Source of the DNA: Eutreptiella sp. 'Long Island Sound 2002'
Taxonomy: Eukaryota > Protista > Euglenida
Direction: 5' to 3'
Length of the DNA: 64,000 nucleotides
Assembly (NCBI GenBank): GCA_964036045.1
Contig: OZ038378.1
Location: forward strand, 200,136,001-200,200,000
A program made the translations under genes and the position numbers. Below, piece after piece: positions 10,558 through 22,073 of the stretch (its first letter is position 1; every line of letters starts with the position of its first letter). The notes beneath the pieces were generated by a model. It was not told the DNA's origin. It saw only the letters and a list, made by a program, of their open reading frames with translations, and searched no databases.

Positions 10558-12369
10558 GTCTGTTCGTGTTGGGACTTGCCTGCACCCCTGAGAGGATGTG
10601 CGTGTGTGGTGTGCAATTTGAAGGCTAATGCCTTCCAAGAAAATCAATTTTTGCACAACAAACTCCTGTTTTCCATACTCTTGATATGCCAGAAGTGTGG
10701 CTCCAAGCTGTGGGCTCAATGGAATGGCACTGCTTTCCCCAGAAGCCAATGTTGTGCTTTGAACGAGAGTTGAAGCCCTCTTGGCAGCCTACACAGCTGC
10801 CGCAAGAGGTTGAGAATTGTGGTGTGAAGGTGTGTAGCAAGGCACATACCTCAAACCCTGTGCGCAGCGTCACGTCGCTGGCCACATTGTTTTCCTGCAA
10901 TATTGCCCTTGTTGCAAAAAAGAAGCTGTCTGGTGTTGTACTCCAGTGCCGTCGTTGCAGTGCTTAAGGGCATGAACATTGTGCTATGCGCTTGGATGTT
11001 CCTTCAAGCTTCTTGTGTGTTCGTCATGGCTGTGAGGAGCCATATGCTGCAAGGGCCACATTTGCAGAGCAGTCACACACTAGATTGCATGTGGGGGTTG
11101 CAGTGCTAAGTGTGCAAACTTGCTACTAAGCCTCCCATGGTAGACGCAGACTTGGGATTTCCATTCCTTGTGGTGTATGGGTTGGTCTTCGCTGACGGAA
11201 GATTGTGCATCTATGTGGTGTGGAGGCTTGGTGCAGTCACCCCTGCCCCTAGGCACAACATCCATGGATTGAGGGAACCACCTCATTGCACATTCACAGG
11301 ATGAGAAGCATGGGCATTCAGCATCCACCAGGCATATGTGGACATTTTTAGTGCATGAAACATGGGCATGCAGGCAAAAACTGCGGAACACTACCTGTGT
11401 CGCTTTTTCACTATGCAGAGGACATGCATCAGTGTAAGCAACTTTCGTGTGGATGACGGAAAGTGACATGATTGCAGCACATTTTCCCCATGAACATCAT
11501 GCAACTCTCCATCACCATGAGCATATTTCCGACCTTACAAATGGCAAGGGAACACACCAAAATTTAGTGTGCCATTTTGTATGGGAACCACCTACCAACA
11601 CCCATGAGGCTGGCAATACCTTCCATCAAACATGCATTCATTGCAGTGTCCCAGAAAGTGGCACATCCCTTGCCAAACTAAGGACTAATTGACATCCTGC
11701 TGAATGAAGCAATATCATCAAGCAGCGTTGAAAAAAGCTAAGGCCTCTGACGTGGAGATGACCGAAAACTGAAACTCTTGCTCTAGGCTATCAAAAAATG
11801 CTACATATTCCATACTGCATCCTTCAAGTCAAGCAACTTACCAACCACACTGCTTCCAGTGGTCATTACCACTGCACTAATGTTGTTGATGCTGCATTGT
11901 GCACCATGATTGCACTGCCCATGCAATGTGTCTCCGCCCCTGGCATCTGCCATAGGCCTTTCCATTTGGGTGCATGAGGTAGCGGGCCATCCCAAATATC
12001 CTTCATAGCATCCCCAATATGAGGGTGCCCCATCTATGTGCTCATGTAGACATGGGTGCACTATATGGCATGGTTTGTGGGCATATTTCCACAAAAGATT
12101 GACAGAAATTCACAAGTATTTAATGTGTTTTCACCATCTAGATGTCAGGGTGGCGGCCAGGTGTAAACCCTGTTAATTTTCTATTTGTCTTTCTATCGTT
12201 TCTCTGCATCCTTCAGACCCAATTGGCACTTTTTTGTTGCCTGTTTGAGGCCCAGTAGCCAATAAGCAAACTGGCCTAGACGCCGCAGGCTAAGGCTAAG
12301 GGCGGATCCTTCCGTTGGCGACCCAACCCCGAGGCTGGTCTTGCAGTAGTCAACTCTACTGGGATTTTC

Positions 12370-12630
12370 AGAAGGTTCCAACATTGCACTTGCACTTTTG
12401 GCTTCGAGGAGGTTGCCTGATTGCACTGTTTATTTCCAGGAGGTTCCAGGATTACACTGTTCACATGCAGGAAATTCCTAGATTTTACTACTAATTTCCA
12501 AGAGGTTCCAGGATTGTGCTGCTAATTTCTATGAGGTTCCAGGATTGCTTGTTCACTTCCGAGAGGTTCCTGCATTGCACTCTTAATTTGCACTGTTCAC
12601 TTCAAGGAGCTTCCAGCCTTGCACTGTTTA
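12370..12630. repeat. Degenerate minisatellite of about 30 bp (gaggttccaggattgcactgttcacttcc)
   Basis: About 8 diverged tandem copies visible. Confidence 0.7.
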
Positions 12631-13500
12631 CTGCTAGGACTTTGCTGCATGGACAGGCACCGAGAGAGAGGGGGGTGGGGAGGACAAATCTACTTTTCTA
12701 ATGTTTCTGTCCTGAGATGCTTGGCGAAGGTGATTGCACAACAAACATCGTGGCGAACCTTCGACACGAGTTTATTTCACACAGAGCCTGGAAATTGAGC
12801 GGGAAATTTCGCATGCATTTGAAATGCCAAATTTCCCACAACGAATATTCCCATCGCGAAATCCTCCTCCCCGTGTATTTTCCGTCAGCCCCCTCCCTTT
12901 CCCAAGGGGGTGCCCTTAGCGCAGTTCAACTAGGGGTTATGCCGCCATATTGATTTCCCACCTCCAACCGTTTGAAAGCATGTGTTTGTATGGGGGTTTG
13001 GGACCTAGCCCTGCGTGCAAATGGTGACTGTTCCCCTCAAATGTTCAGGGGAATGTGTCTGTATGGGATCTGCATCAGCCCTAGGTAGGTATGCAAGCAC
13101 AAGTCGGCGTGAAAGTTTCCACATCGGAATGGTGAATTTCACGGTCCCTCTTGGCAAAATCCAAGATGACAGGAGACAAATATTCAATGTTGACTAAGAG
13201 CTGCTACCTTTTTGTTCATGTTCCAACACAGGCACAACATTGTCAAGGGACCAATTGGTAGTGAAACTGTCAATGTCCATGCTCAGGTTGGTGCATGAGG
13301 TAGGCATACCACAGCACATGATTCGGTCAGTGGAGTGGAGCTTCGCAGTGTGAGTCACAGGCTGAGGACTACCCTAGCTGCGTGTTTCAAAGAGCATTTT
13401 TGGTTATCCAATAGTTTCTTGCAGTGTGCTGCTGGGCAGATCGTGTGTGCTTCTATGTCTGAATGAACAGTGGGCATCTTCACACTACCAACATCCGCAG

Positions 13501-13607
13501 GGGTTGAACGGGTGTACAAACCACTGAATGATGCTTGTGCAAAAGCCGATGATCAAAATGGAGTGGTGACCATGCTTCAGTCGCACGTGGATCAGCTGAG
13601 GCAAGAG
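13501..13607 (+). CDS. Candidate exon, gene A (VERVYKPLNDACAKADDQNGVVTMLQSHVDQLRQE)
   Basis: cgcag| acceptor, gag|gtaacc donor, helical protein-like sequence, phase 1 to 0. Confidence 0.6.
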
Positions 13608-13753
13608 GTAACCTCTCCACCTGCCCAGACCCTGAATGTAGGAATTGCTGTGACACGGGAAGACCGTTTGTTATTGCGAACCATGCCCATTGGCTATTGG
13701 CTGGCTGCAATTTTTGCCTTCCTCCTGACCAGGGTCGTTCTGCTTTCCTTCAA

Positions 13754-13856
13754 CTGCCAAATGGGTCAGCCACAAGGCAATGACGTCCAGTGTGATGGAT
13801 CCCCCTGCCAAATGGGTCAGCCACAAGGCAATGACGTCCAGTGTGATGGATCCCCC
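13754..13856. repeat. 51-bp tandem duplication inside an intronic interspersed repeat
   Basis: ctgccaaatgggtcagcc...ggatccccc occurs twice. A similar motif lies in reverse at about 12275-12340. Confidence 0.85.
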
Positions 13857-13926
13857 CTGCAATTCGCAGCACCCCGTTGCTCTAGCCTGCGGTTATGGCC
13901 CCCCAACAATCTTTTTGACCAGTCAG

Positions 13927-13975
13927 GCTGAGGTTGCTGCACAGCAGCTGCGCAGTTCCACTCAGGAGATCGTGC
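13927..13975 (+). CDS. Candidate exon, gene A (AEVAAQQLRSSTQEIV)
   Basis: tcag| acceptor in phase 0 continues the coiled-coil-like QLRQE. The end is inferred from a non-conventional-type donor. Confidence 0.45.
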
Positions 13976-16194
13976 AAACAGCCGCAACCAAAATAACAAA
14001 AATACCGCACAACATAACACAGACAGCAGCACAACAAAAGAACGCGTCACAGGCTATCAGCAGGGCTACTGAAGCACACGACTATCAAAATTATCCTCAT
14101 GTGACAGCACAACTGGCCCCCTAGCTTCGATGGTCCAGGGCGGGGGGGGGGGGGGGGGCGAGGGGGCATATGGCAGAGGCCAGGCACTTTTGCTGGTCTG
14201 TAAGGCATTGCAAGACAGAAGCAGGCAAGAGGGCATCCACTGACGCCTTTTCATTTGTCGGCTGCTGCCACCGTGTGATGTGCGGACCCAACGATACGTT
14301 GCATATCTGTTGTGTGACTGCTCTAAATGGGAGTGTAGGGGAAGGGCGAGAGCTTTCTTGAATTGACTACCCGTTGCCTTGTTCTATCAATATCCACAGC
14401 TTGGTGTCCTAGCAACTCGGAAACACGAGTGACCCGGCCTGCATGTGCAGCTGCCGAGCCGTCCACAAGGGGCGGTCTGCAAACCAGACTGCTGTCCTAG
14501 TTTGACGGTGCAATGGGTGCTCTGTGTGCAGTGGCCAGATCCAGGGATCTGGCCTTCTGCCGGCCTTGTTGCCAGACCCCACATATGGCCTGTGATCCTG
14601 GAGGCCACTCGACCCCGCTGACCCATGCTGGTGTCCCTCCTTCATATGCCCCTCCCCCCCCCACACACCGTCTCCCGAGTCGGACAAGTCTTGTGAGGTC
14701 GGTGCAGACAACAAGCACCAAGCCTTAGGCCCCTTTCTGTCAGTGATCTTGATATGATGATATGGTGATACTGACAACTGCAGACCCTCCCCACGTGTCC
14801 ATCGCAAACTGCTCACTGGCGCTCTGAGGTGCTGTTGTTCTTCTCAGGTTGCATTTCTTCGAAAAGTTGTACTGCTGCTCTGTGGGAAGCTTCTCCCGGA
14901 AACCTCTGGAACGCAAGTATTGCTTCTTCTCGGGGCTGTGGTGTTGCAGTGATGGATATGGGGGGGGGGGGGGGTAATTTCGGGCAGGGGTAATTCCGTG
15001 GGGAAATTTCGTCTTTAAGGAAGGCGGCGAAATTTGCCCCTGGCGAAATCCGTGGATGGGCACATCCCTGTTGTGGTTGGCTCTTTCTGGTCTTTGGTGA
15101 GTCTACGTTGCAGTATCAATATGTGTTTCTTTGTCTGGGACCGTGATGGGACTGCATCTTGTCTTGTAGAGGGTGGGAGCCATGGGCTCTCACTTGCACA
15201 CAAAAAAAACAATGCAAACACAATCAGATTTCGAACTCTGACCAGAGCGGTAAGCACGCCGCCAAAGGTGGGCGCATCTGCGTGAAATGGGGTGGATTGC
15301 GATGTGTAGATTCTCTGTGACAATGGTGCCAGTGGTTTGTGACAACCTGCCATCGTTTATGCTTTAGGCGGATTTGGGGGCTCAATTTCGGCAGCTGCTG
15401 GGGCTGCTGCAGAGCCAGGCATTCCCAGAAGAAGTGCAGCGGCTGTTGGAAAAGCATAAGGAGGAAGAGATGATCCGGCAAGGTCTGTGCATGTGGATGT
15501 GTGGGGGTGTGCGGGTGGGTGAGTAGGTGGATGCCGGTTCCTACAGCCTCCCGCATGAGTTTCTGGTGCTGTCTGATTTTGGACGAATGCCACCCCCCAC
15601 CAACCAACGCAGTGAACTGATGTGGAGCACATGGTGGTCCTCCCTTCTTTTTATTCACCTACATCGCCTCCCTATCACTTCTCCTCTTGGGGCATGCTCT
15701 TTAGAGTTGACCTTCTGGTCGGCGCAAGCACGAAGGACAACGCTGAGAGGAAACAACCAACAGCGCTTTACTGTAGTAGAATGTAGACACATTGTGTCCA
15801 CGAAATAAGCCTGCGCAGAGAACATAATGCAACCCTAATACATGAAAGCCACAGCATGAACTGAGGTCAATTGCATATCAGGATTGGAGTCAGGATTATC
15901 ATTGGAATTGCTGGACATTGCTCATACCAGGACGTGCATTTGCGGAGCTCTTTCTGACCTGTGTACGGCCCCGCACCAACTGTTGGAAGCATGCCGCAGC
16001 AGGGCTCATGTTCCTGGGGACTGGATCAGCGCGACCGGATGCGACGCGACGCTGATGGTATTGAGGGATGCAGGTTGCGGTCTCCCCACCCCCCTTCCCC
16101 CACCTGCAATATTTCTTTGTCTTTGGTATGGGTATGTGCAGGTGTTTCATGTGTGCGTAGCTGCAGATGTGTTGCTTGACCCCGTGTTATGCAG

Positions 16195-16337
16195 GTGCTG
16201 CGTCCAACAAAGTGCAGTGCCTGGAATCAGAGAGTGAGACAGAGACCCGCAGGTGGCCCGAGCCCATTCCGCTGGTCGAGGACTATACCGAGTCGCTTCA
16301 GGCGATCCGGGAGGACCTTTTCCGGACTTTTACAGAG
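16195..16337 (+). CDS. Candidate exon, gene A (AASNKVQCLESESETETRRWPEPIPLVEDYTESLQAIREDLFRTFTE)
   Basis: tgcag| acceptor, gag|gtgcgt donor, protein-like frame. An overlapping alternative frame (16189-16632) is also open. Confidence 0.6.
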
Positions 16338-16494
16338 GTGCGTCCCAGATCGTGCACCCGCTTTACACGCGTCTCCGGCCCAAAGCCAGGGATTGGTGGC
16401 GATTGAAGAGGAACCAGCAGCGGCGCTCGGAGGGTGGTTCTCTCTGAAGATCTGCCCCCATGCCGCCGCAAAGCCGCGGTCCCTGGGCCTCCAG

Positions 16495-16632
16495 ATTTCG
16501 GACTGCTTGCTGGCACAGTTCTTCCCGGAGAATGCGCCCCACTCGGGCTTTGGAGGGTTTCCACAAGGCTCACTGGCTCCTTCGCCCCCGGATATGTCCA
16601 TATCCTCCATCCAGGGCGTCTTAATAGATTAG
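16495..16632 (+). CDS. Candidate terminal exon, gene A (ISDCLLAQFFPEN...IQGVLID*)
   Basis: ccag| acceptor in phase 0 after exon 16195-16337; stop followed by an AT-rich tract. Confidence 0.55.
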   Translation: MSDCLLAQFFPENAPHSGFGGFPQGSLAPSPPDMSISSIQGVLID

Positions 16633-18175
16633 ATTAGAATAATTAAAAACCAAGGTGCCCCCCCCCCCAGACCAAAGTGACCATCGTGGGAAAAAACGAA
16701 ATTTACAATCGGGAACATCTGGTCGGGCTATTTCCGGTACACAAACTTTTGGGTCCCTCCCCCCCCGCACCCCCCCCCCCCCCTCCCGCTCAAAAGACGC
16801 TCTGTCTCCATCCCTTCAGCAGTCGCCACCCCAGCTTGAGATATGCCTGCACCGCTCTGCCATCACCGAAAGTGCTTGGAAGCCATGGCAGTCTCGAAGG
16901 GCTCGACGCCTGATGGGCCCAGGCTGCTAAACGGGAGGCACTGGTGGATTGTGGTGGATTTTGCGGCAACACATTTTTGGGGCTGCCCCTCTCTCAGCCC
17001 TTTGAATGGTTCACAGGCAGATATGGACGTGGGCACTCTACGTTTTGAGAGGTGGCAATGTGTGCGGCCACCACTTTGCCAAGTGCCTGGCTGCAAGTCT
17101 CGGACTGGTGCAAAAGAGGGAGTGGTGTGGGGCAGCAGGAGGACGTGGAGGAGGAGCTCTGACTCTCCGTCACTCAGCCAGAGACCTGACCGCACACAGG
17201 AAGTACGGCAAAGCCTGCCACTTATGGTGCCCGAGGGCGTGTTGCGCAGTGCGAGCCCTCCCGGCATCATCGAGAGTACAGGGGGGAGGAAAGTTCCTCA
17301 GGGGGATTTTTCTGGGCGTGAAATTCCGTATTTCAAAGTGGAGCGGAATTTTCACCGCATTTTTTCAGTGTAGGTGCGAAACATTCCCCGGGTGGACAAA
17401 CAAACCTCCAGCAGCACCAAGCAAACACATATGGTGAAGTTCAATTCTACAACAATTCTGACGCTGAAGAATTGCTGGCTGCTTTGCTGTATTGTGTGTC
17501 TTTTGGGGATTACAATCCCATCCAATGCACTTGCCCACTGCGGGCCACTATTGTCCCCCTGCACTCCTTCCCGCTCCTGCACACCCCGGCCTCCTGTTCA
17601 CTGGTGCCGAGGTCTGCACAATGCATAGCTGGGGGGGTTTGATAGGCGTAAATTTTTCGGGGACCATTTCTCTGGTAAGAAAGGTGACGAAATTTTGCCT
17701 GGGGAAATTTTTGGGGTTGGGCCCTCTAGAGGTACCCGTGCAAACGGCTGTCACACGCTATTCCGGGTTCAGGTGGCGGCCTGGATGGGATTTTGGCTCC
17801 CGCGCGTTCGTCGGCATGCTTGGCTCCTCTTAGAAAGCACAATTCTGCGACCATGTTGTGGCAATGTGTTGTAATTTTGGAGTCTCTTTGTTGTGCGTGT
17901 CTTTTGTGTTTAATGGCAGTCATTAGGGGGTGCTTACCCTGCGACGCGCGGTTTGGGCAATTATCCTGGAATACAAGCAATATAGTGGTGCATACACACA
18001 TGCAATTTTTGTGTAACGTATACCCCTATGCACCCTTTTCCCCCTATTTTTGTTACTATTCTTACCTTTTTGGGCCTCTTCCCCCCACAAATGGTGCCTT
18101 TGTGGAGCGTCCCCAATATGGAATCGGCCATGTATGAGCTTTGAGGATGTCGATCCCTGCGCTTGACGTTGGTGA

Positions 18176-18431
18176 CCCCCGAGAATGCAGGGGTGACGTA
18201 GCATTTCCGCCCTCTTTTGGGCCCCCGAGAAGGTAGGGGTGAGGTAGCCACTTCTGATTTTGTTTTGCTCCCCTTTCTTGGGGATCCCCAAGAATGCAGG
18301 GGTGACGTAGCATTTCCGCCCTCTTTTGGGCCCCCGAGAAGGCAGGGGTGAGGCGGCCTTTCTACTTTTGTTCCCCTTTGTTGGGGATCCCCGAGAATGC
18401 AGGGGTGACGTAGCATTTCCGCCATCTTTTG
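18176..18431 (+). repeat. Tandem repeat A, about 105 bp, about 2.4 copies; inverted copy at about 18995-19136
   Basis: gagaatgcaggggtgacgtagcatttccgcc starts at 18181, 18290 and 18393. Confidence 0.85.
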
Positions 18432-18649
18432 GGCCCCTTGAGTTGGGGTTAGGGACTCGCAACCCACACTTTGTTGCGTGGCCCCTTGAGTTGGGGTTAC
18501 GGACTCACAATCCACGCTTTGTTGCGTGGCCCCTTGGAGTTGGGGTTAGGGACTCTCAATCCACGCTTTGTTGCGTGGCCCCTTGGAGTTGGGGTTAGGG
18601 ACTCGCAATCCACGCTTTGTTGCGTGGCCCCTTGAGTTGGGATTAGGGA
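18432..18649 (+). repeat. 48-bp satellite B containing TTGGGGTTAGGG, about 4.5 copies
   Basis: ggccccttgagttggggttagggactcgcaatccacgctttgttgcgt in tandem. Confidence 0.92.
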
Positions 18650-19136
18650 CTGGACGAGTCACTATCAACGGAACAAGGTGGACTAAAGGGAGACAACAAC
18701 GAAGAGGTATGTTTCCTTAGTAGTAGCTTGGCTACAGGGAGCAACGAATTAACCACCGCACTTCACATTCTGCGCTCCTTAATTGCGCTTGCCAACACAA
18801 TGCCTACTCCCGTCGCTCTGCGGCGAGTGCTATCTTGGGCGCCTACACCCATCACTCTACGGCGACTGCTTTTGATGTGGTTTAGGTTTGGGCGCACGCA
18901 AGTTTGGGTTTGGGCACTGTGTTGGCACTCATATGTTTTACAAAGCAGGGGAACCGCCCCTTGCACCAAGTAGCTAAGTAAAAAAAAAGGAAAACTGGCT
19001 ACATTCTCTGTGTCACCCTTGCATTCTGAGGAATCCCCAACAAAGGAGAAGAAAATCAGAAGTGACTAGCTCACCCCTGCCCTCTCCGGGGCGCAAAAGA
19101 GGGCGGAAATGCTGCGTCACCCTTGCATTCTCGGGG

Positions 19137-19258
19137 CTACGCAACAAAGCGTGCATTGCGAGTCCCTAACCCCAACTCAAGGGGCCACGCAACAAAGCAT
19201 GGATTGAGAGTCCCTAACCCCAACTCAAGGGGCCACGCAACAAAGCGTGGATTGTGAG
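19137..19258 (-). repeat. Satellite B, inverted, about 2.5 copies
   Basis: acgcaacaaagcgtg...gagtccctaaccccaactcaaggggcc, the reverse complement of B. Confidence 0.9.
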
Positions 19259-20208
19259 ACATCCGACTCCGATTCCGACTCCAACTCAGATTCTCACTCT
19301 AGCTCCAGCTCCAACTCTAACTCCAACACCGATTCCGACTCAGGGTCAAGCTTGACCTCATGCTCTCCAGACCCTTTGTCCTCCGAATAGGGGATGGGCT
19401 CCCTTTGCCCCACCTTCGAAACGCGAAACGACTCGAAACGCCTGCATCATGGGATTGGGCACCCTATGATGTAGGAGGTCACGCAACAAAGTGTGATGGT
19501 GGGCCCAATGTTGTGCTATGGTGGGAGGATTGGACGTACGTTGTGCGGCACATTGCACATCCCCGAGTGCACTCAATGCTTCTTTAGAAAAATTTTTGCG
19601 ATAAGGTATGTTGTGCTAGTTTGTGAACCTCTCAATAAATGACATTGTAAAAATAAGTAGTGTTCGTTGTTGATGTGCGCGCAAAACAACCACGTAATGC
19701 CGCGAGACACACCCATACACACTCACACACTTACACGCAATCATAGCACAGCGGAGGGCTCACGTACAATCATACCAGTTGCCTGATTCATGGGGTATGG
19801 GGAAAGGAGTAGCATTTGGGCTCTACTACTTCTGACTGAGGGGTTGACGTCCCTCTTCCTTAACCACAGTAGAAGGGTGGGATTCCCTACCATGCTTTGC
19901 ACGTTGAGCCGAGGCCGTAGGCTCTCACTTTGTAGAGAGCGATGGTGTCAACAGATCAATGTGCACAGACCCTTTTTGTTCTCGTGTACACTAAAGCTAA
20001 TTACCCTTACCCTGCGGCGCTTGCGGCGCGCAGTAAGCACTCCCTAGGCACCCGTATGGCATTTAGAGCTTTGGGGATTTCAAGGGTGGCGAAATTGTCC
20101 CCGGCAAACTTCTCCCCGGGCGAAATTTATCCCCTGCCCCGTATTTGTGCCATCCCACTTTTGCGAACCCCTGCCCACTGCCACCGACTCTTGGTTCTTG
20201 TTGTGCAG

Positions 20209-20391
20209 GCCGAGGCGGCCACTACAATCCGCGTTGATTCAAGACCCCCATCAGTCATGGCTCCACCATCGTTCCATTCGAGACCCCCTTCAGTGATGGC
20301 CCCGCCGTCCCTCCATTCGGTGTCCCCCTGGTTGGCTGATGACACCCGCGAGCCCTCCCTGATCGCTGTGTCCAATGGTTTGATATCTCCG
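20209..20391 (+). CDS. Candidate exon, unknown gene B, with an internal 13-aa repeat (SRPPSVMAPPSFH / SRPPSVMAPPSLH)
   Basis: tgcag| acceptor, ccg|gtacga donor, 183 nt, phase 0-0. The two repeat copies differ mostly at synonymous sites. Confidence 0.7.
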
Positions 20392-21987
20392 GTACGACTG
20401 CCCGCCAACCAAAGCGTGTTGGTTCGCTGCGACTGCTGCCAGTAGATGGGGACGATCAGGCTTTTGCTTAGTGGCTGGTTGATACTATAAGGCGGGGGGG
20501 GGGGGTCTGAGGGGGGATTTGCAGGTTTGTCTGGGTTTCTCCTGATTTTGGGGAAGCGAGCTGACCCCTCTGTCAGCTCTTTTGGGTGAGTGGGTGGGCG
20601 TCGTCCACGGGCTGAGGCACATTCTCACACATGGGGCTGCTGCCACGTTGTGCAGACCTCTTTTGCTTCACAATTTTGTCATGGCCACACACGAATCTCA
20701 ATGTGGGAGGATCAACAGGAACCATCCCAACGCTCATGTTGATCAACTTGGGATATAGGGGACAGCTGCTTGTCCCGAGTGGCATGGCGTCCCTAGAACA
20801 CCCACATTCTTTTGGTTGCACCCCCCAGGGGCGCTATGAAGGTGCAAAGTAGTGAACAGTAGCGGGCGAGGAGTCAACGTGTGACACCCTCACACGAATA
20901 CCATCAAGCTGCATAGAGGCCTCTGTACTACAGCACAAGAGCCTTCAGTCTTTATGTCTATGGGCAACGTTGGTGGTAGACCAAGCTCTGTGACCCCCCC
21001 CCCTGCCCTGGGTATGTGGGTGGGTGGTTGGGTGGTCAGCCAAATTCCCGGGGAGGCCCATTTGGCCTCCAGTATGACCTGGAGAGGATCATGCCTCTGT
21101 GGCTCTCCGGAGAATTTTGCTGGCTGCTTCGGCCTTCCTGAGCCTAGGATACGACCGCTGTGGGCATGCCGCTGATGTAGGAATTTGTTCTGGCATGGGG
21201 GGGGAAATGGCATTGGGGCCGTCCCAAGTGTGCGGAAAAGCATTCTGAGGGTAACCGCTGGTACATGGGATGGGAAAGGGGTGGAGATCCACAGCACAAA
21301 CGCAAGGCTGCAGCTGCCAAGACAACCTACTTGACGTGGGGCATCGAGGGAACATAACCACTGATGCATGTTTCGATTGCCAGAAACGATTCGTGCAAAA
21401 GTAAAAATGCGGGATTTTCCCTCTGAGGCCTACGCACCGTGCAGCCCCTCAGAGTCCTCATGACCGACTGACGGCCAGAAGTTGGCTGTGCTTGAGTATG
21501 CTTGAGTTTCTCTGATTGTGCAGGAATGTGTTCGAGCAAACCAATCGCATGCAAGTTGAATCAGTCACACTCTACCATTCAAAAACGCCGAGAGATCTTG
21601 AGTTCTTACGCTGAGAAAGTAGCGCACACTCAAAGACACTCAAGCACGCTCAGCACATGCATGCTTTGGGTTTCTCTCGTGCTTGGTTGTGCCTGAGTGC
21701 CTCGTGGAAGGGTGCCTCCTGTGTTGAGGACACTGCGTCGCGGTCCACCAGACAGCTCAGGTGATGAAGTCTTCTGCTGCAGGTTGGGAACGGGCAATCC
21801 CCCAGATTGAGTCGGGGGTTTTGTGATCAGGGGAGGTGTGATGAACAACCACAAAGGCTCGTTTGGGGTCCTGCCACCAACTGCTGTGGTAACGGCAACT
21901 GAAACCCCAATTTCGGCCCTGTTTGCCTTTAAGCAGCAGCAACTTACTTAACGGTGCTCAGAACACCCTCCGCCATCATTTCTGTAG

Positions 21988-22073
21988 GTTCCTGCAATCA
22001 TTCCTCTGGATCCCATGGACTGGCCTGAAGTACGTCGTAAAAAACGGTCGTCATCACTGCCAATGGCTGAAAG
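21988..22073 (+). CDS. Candidate exon, gene B (VPAIIPLDPMDWPEVRRKKRSSSLPMAE)
   Basis: tctgtag| acceptor, ag|gtgtgc donor, phase 0 to 2. Confidence 0.6.

Larger units (their letters stand above)
17926..20044. mobile_element. Candidate non-autonomous or degenerate DNA transposon carrying two satellite types
   Basis: Possible TIRs gggggtgcttac (17926) and gtaagcactccc (20033-20044), with TA on both flanks. Contains about 105-bp and 48-bp tandem repeats in both orientations plus coding-like remnants. Confidence 0.4.

Noticed and set aside
17961-18515. 184-aa and 179-aa repeat-containing ORFs
   Set aside because: Translations of satellites A and B.
18432-18649. CRISPR-like appearance of the regular 48-bp repeats (also 31174-31504)
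   Set aside because: The units are contiguous with no unique spacers, there are no cas genes, and the context is eukaryotic.
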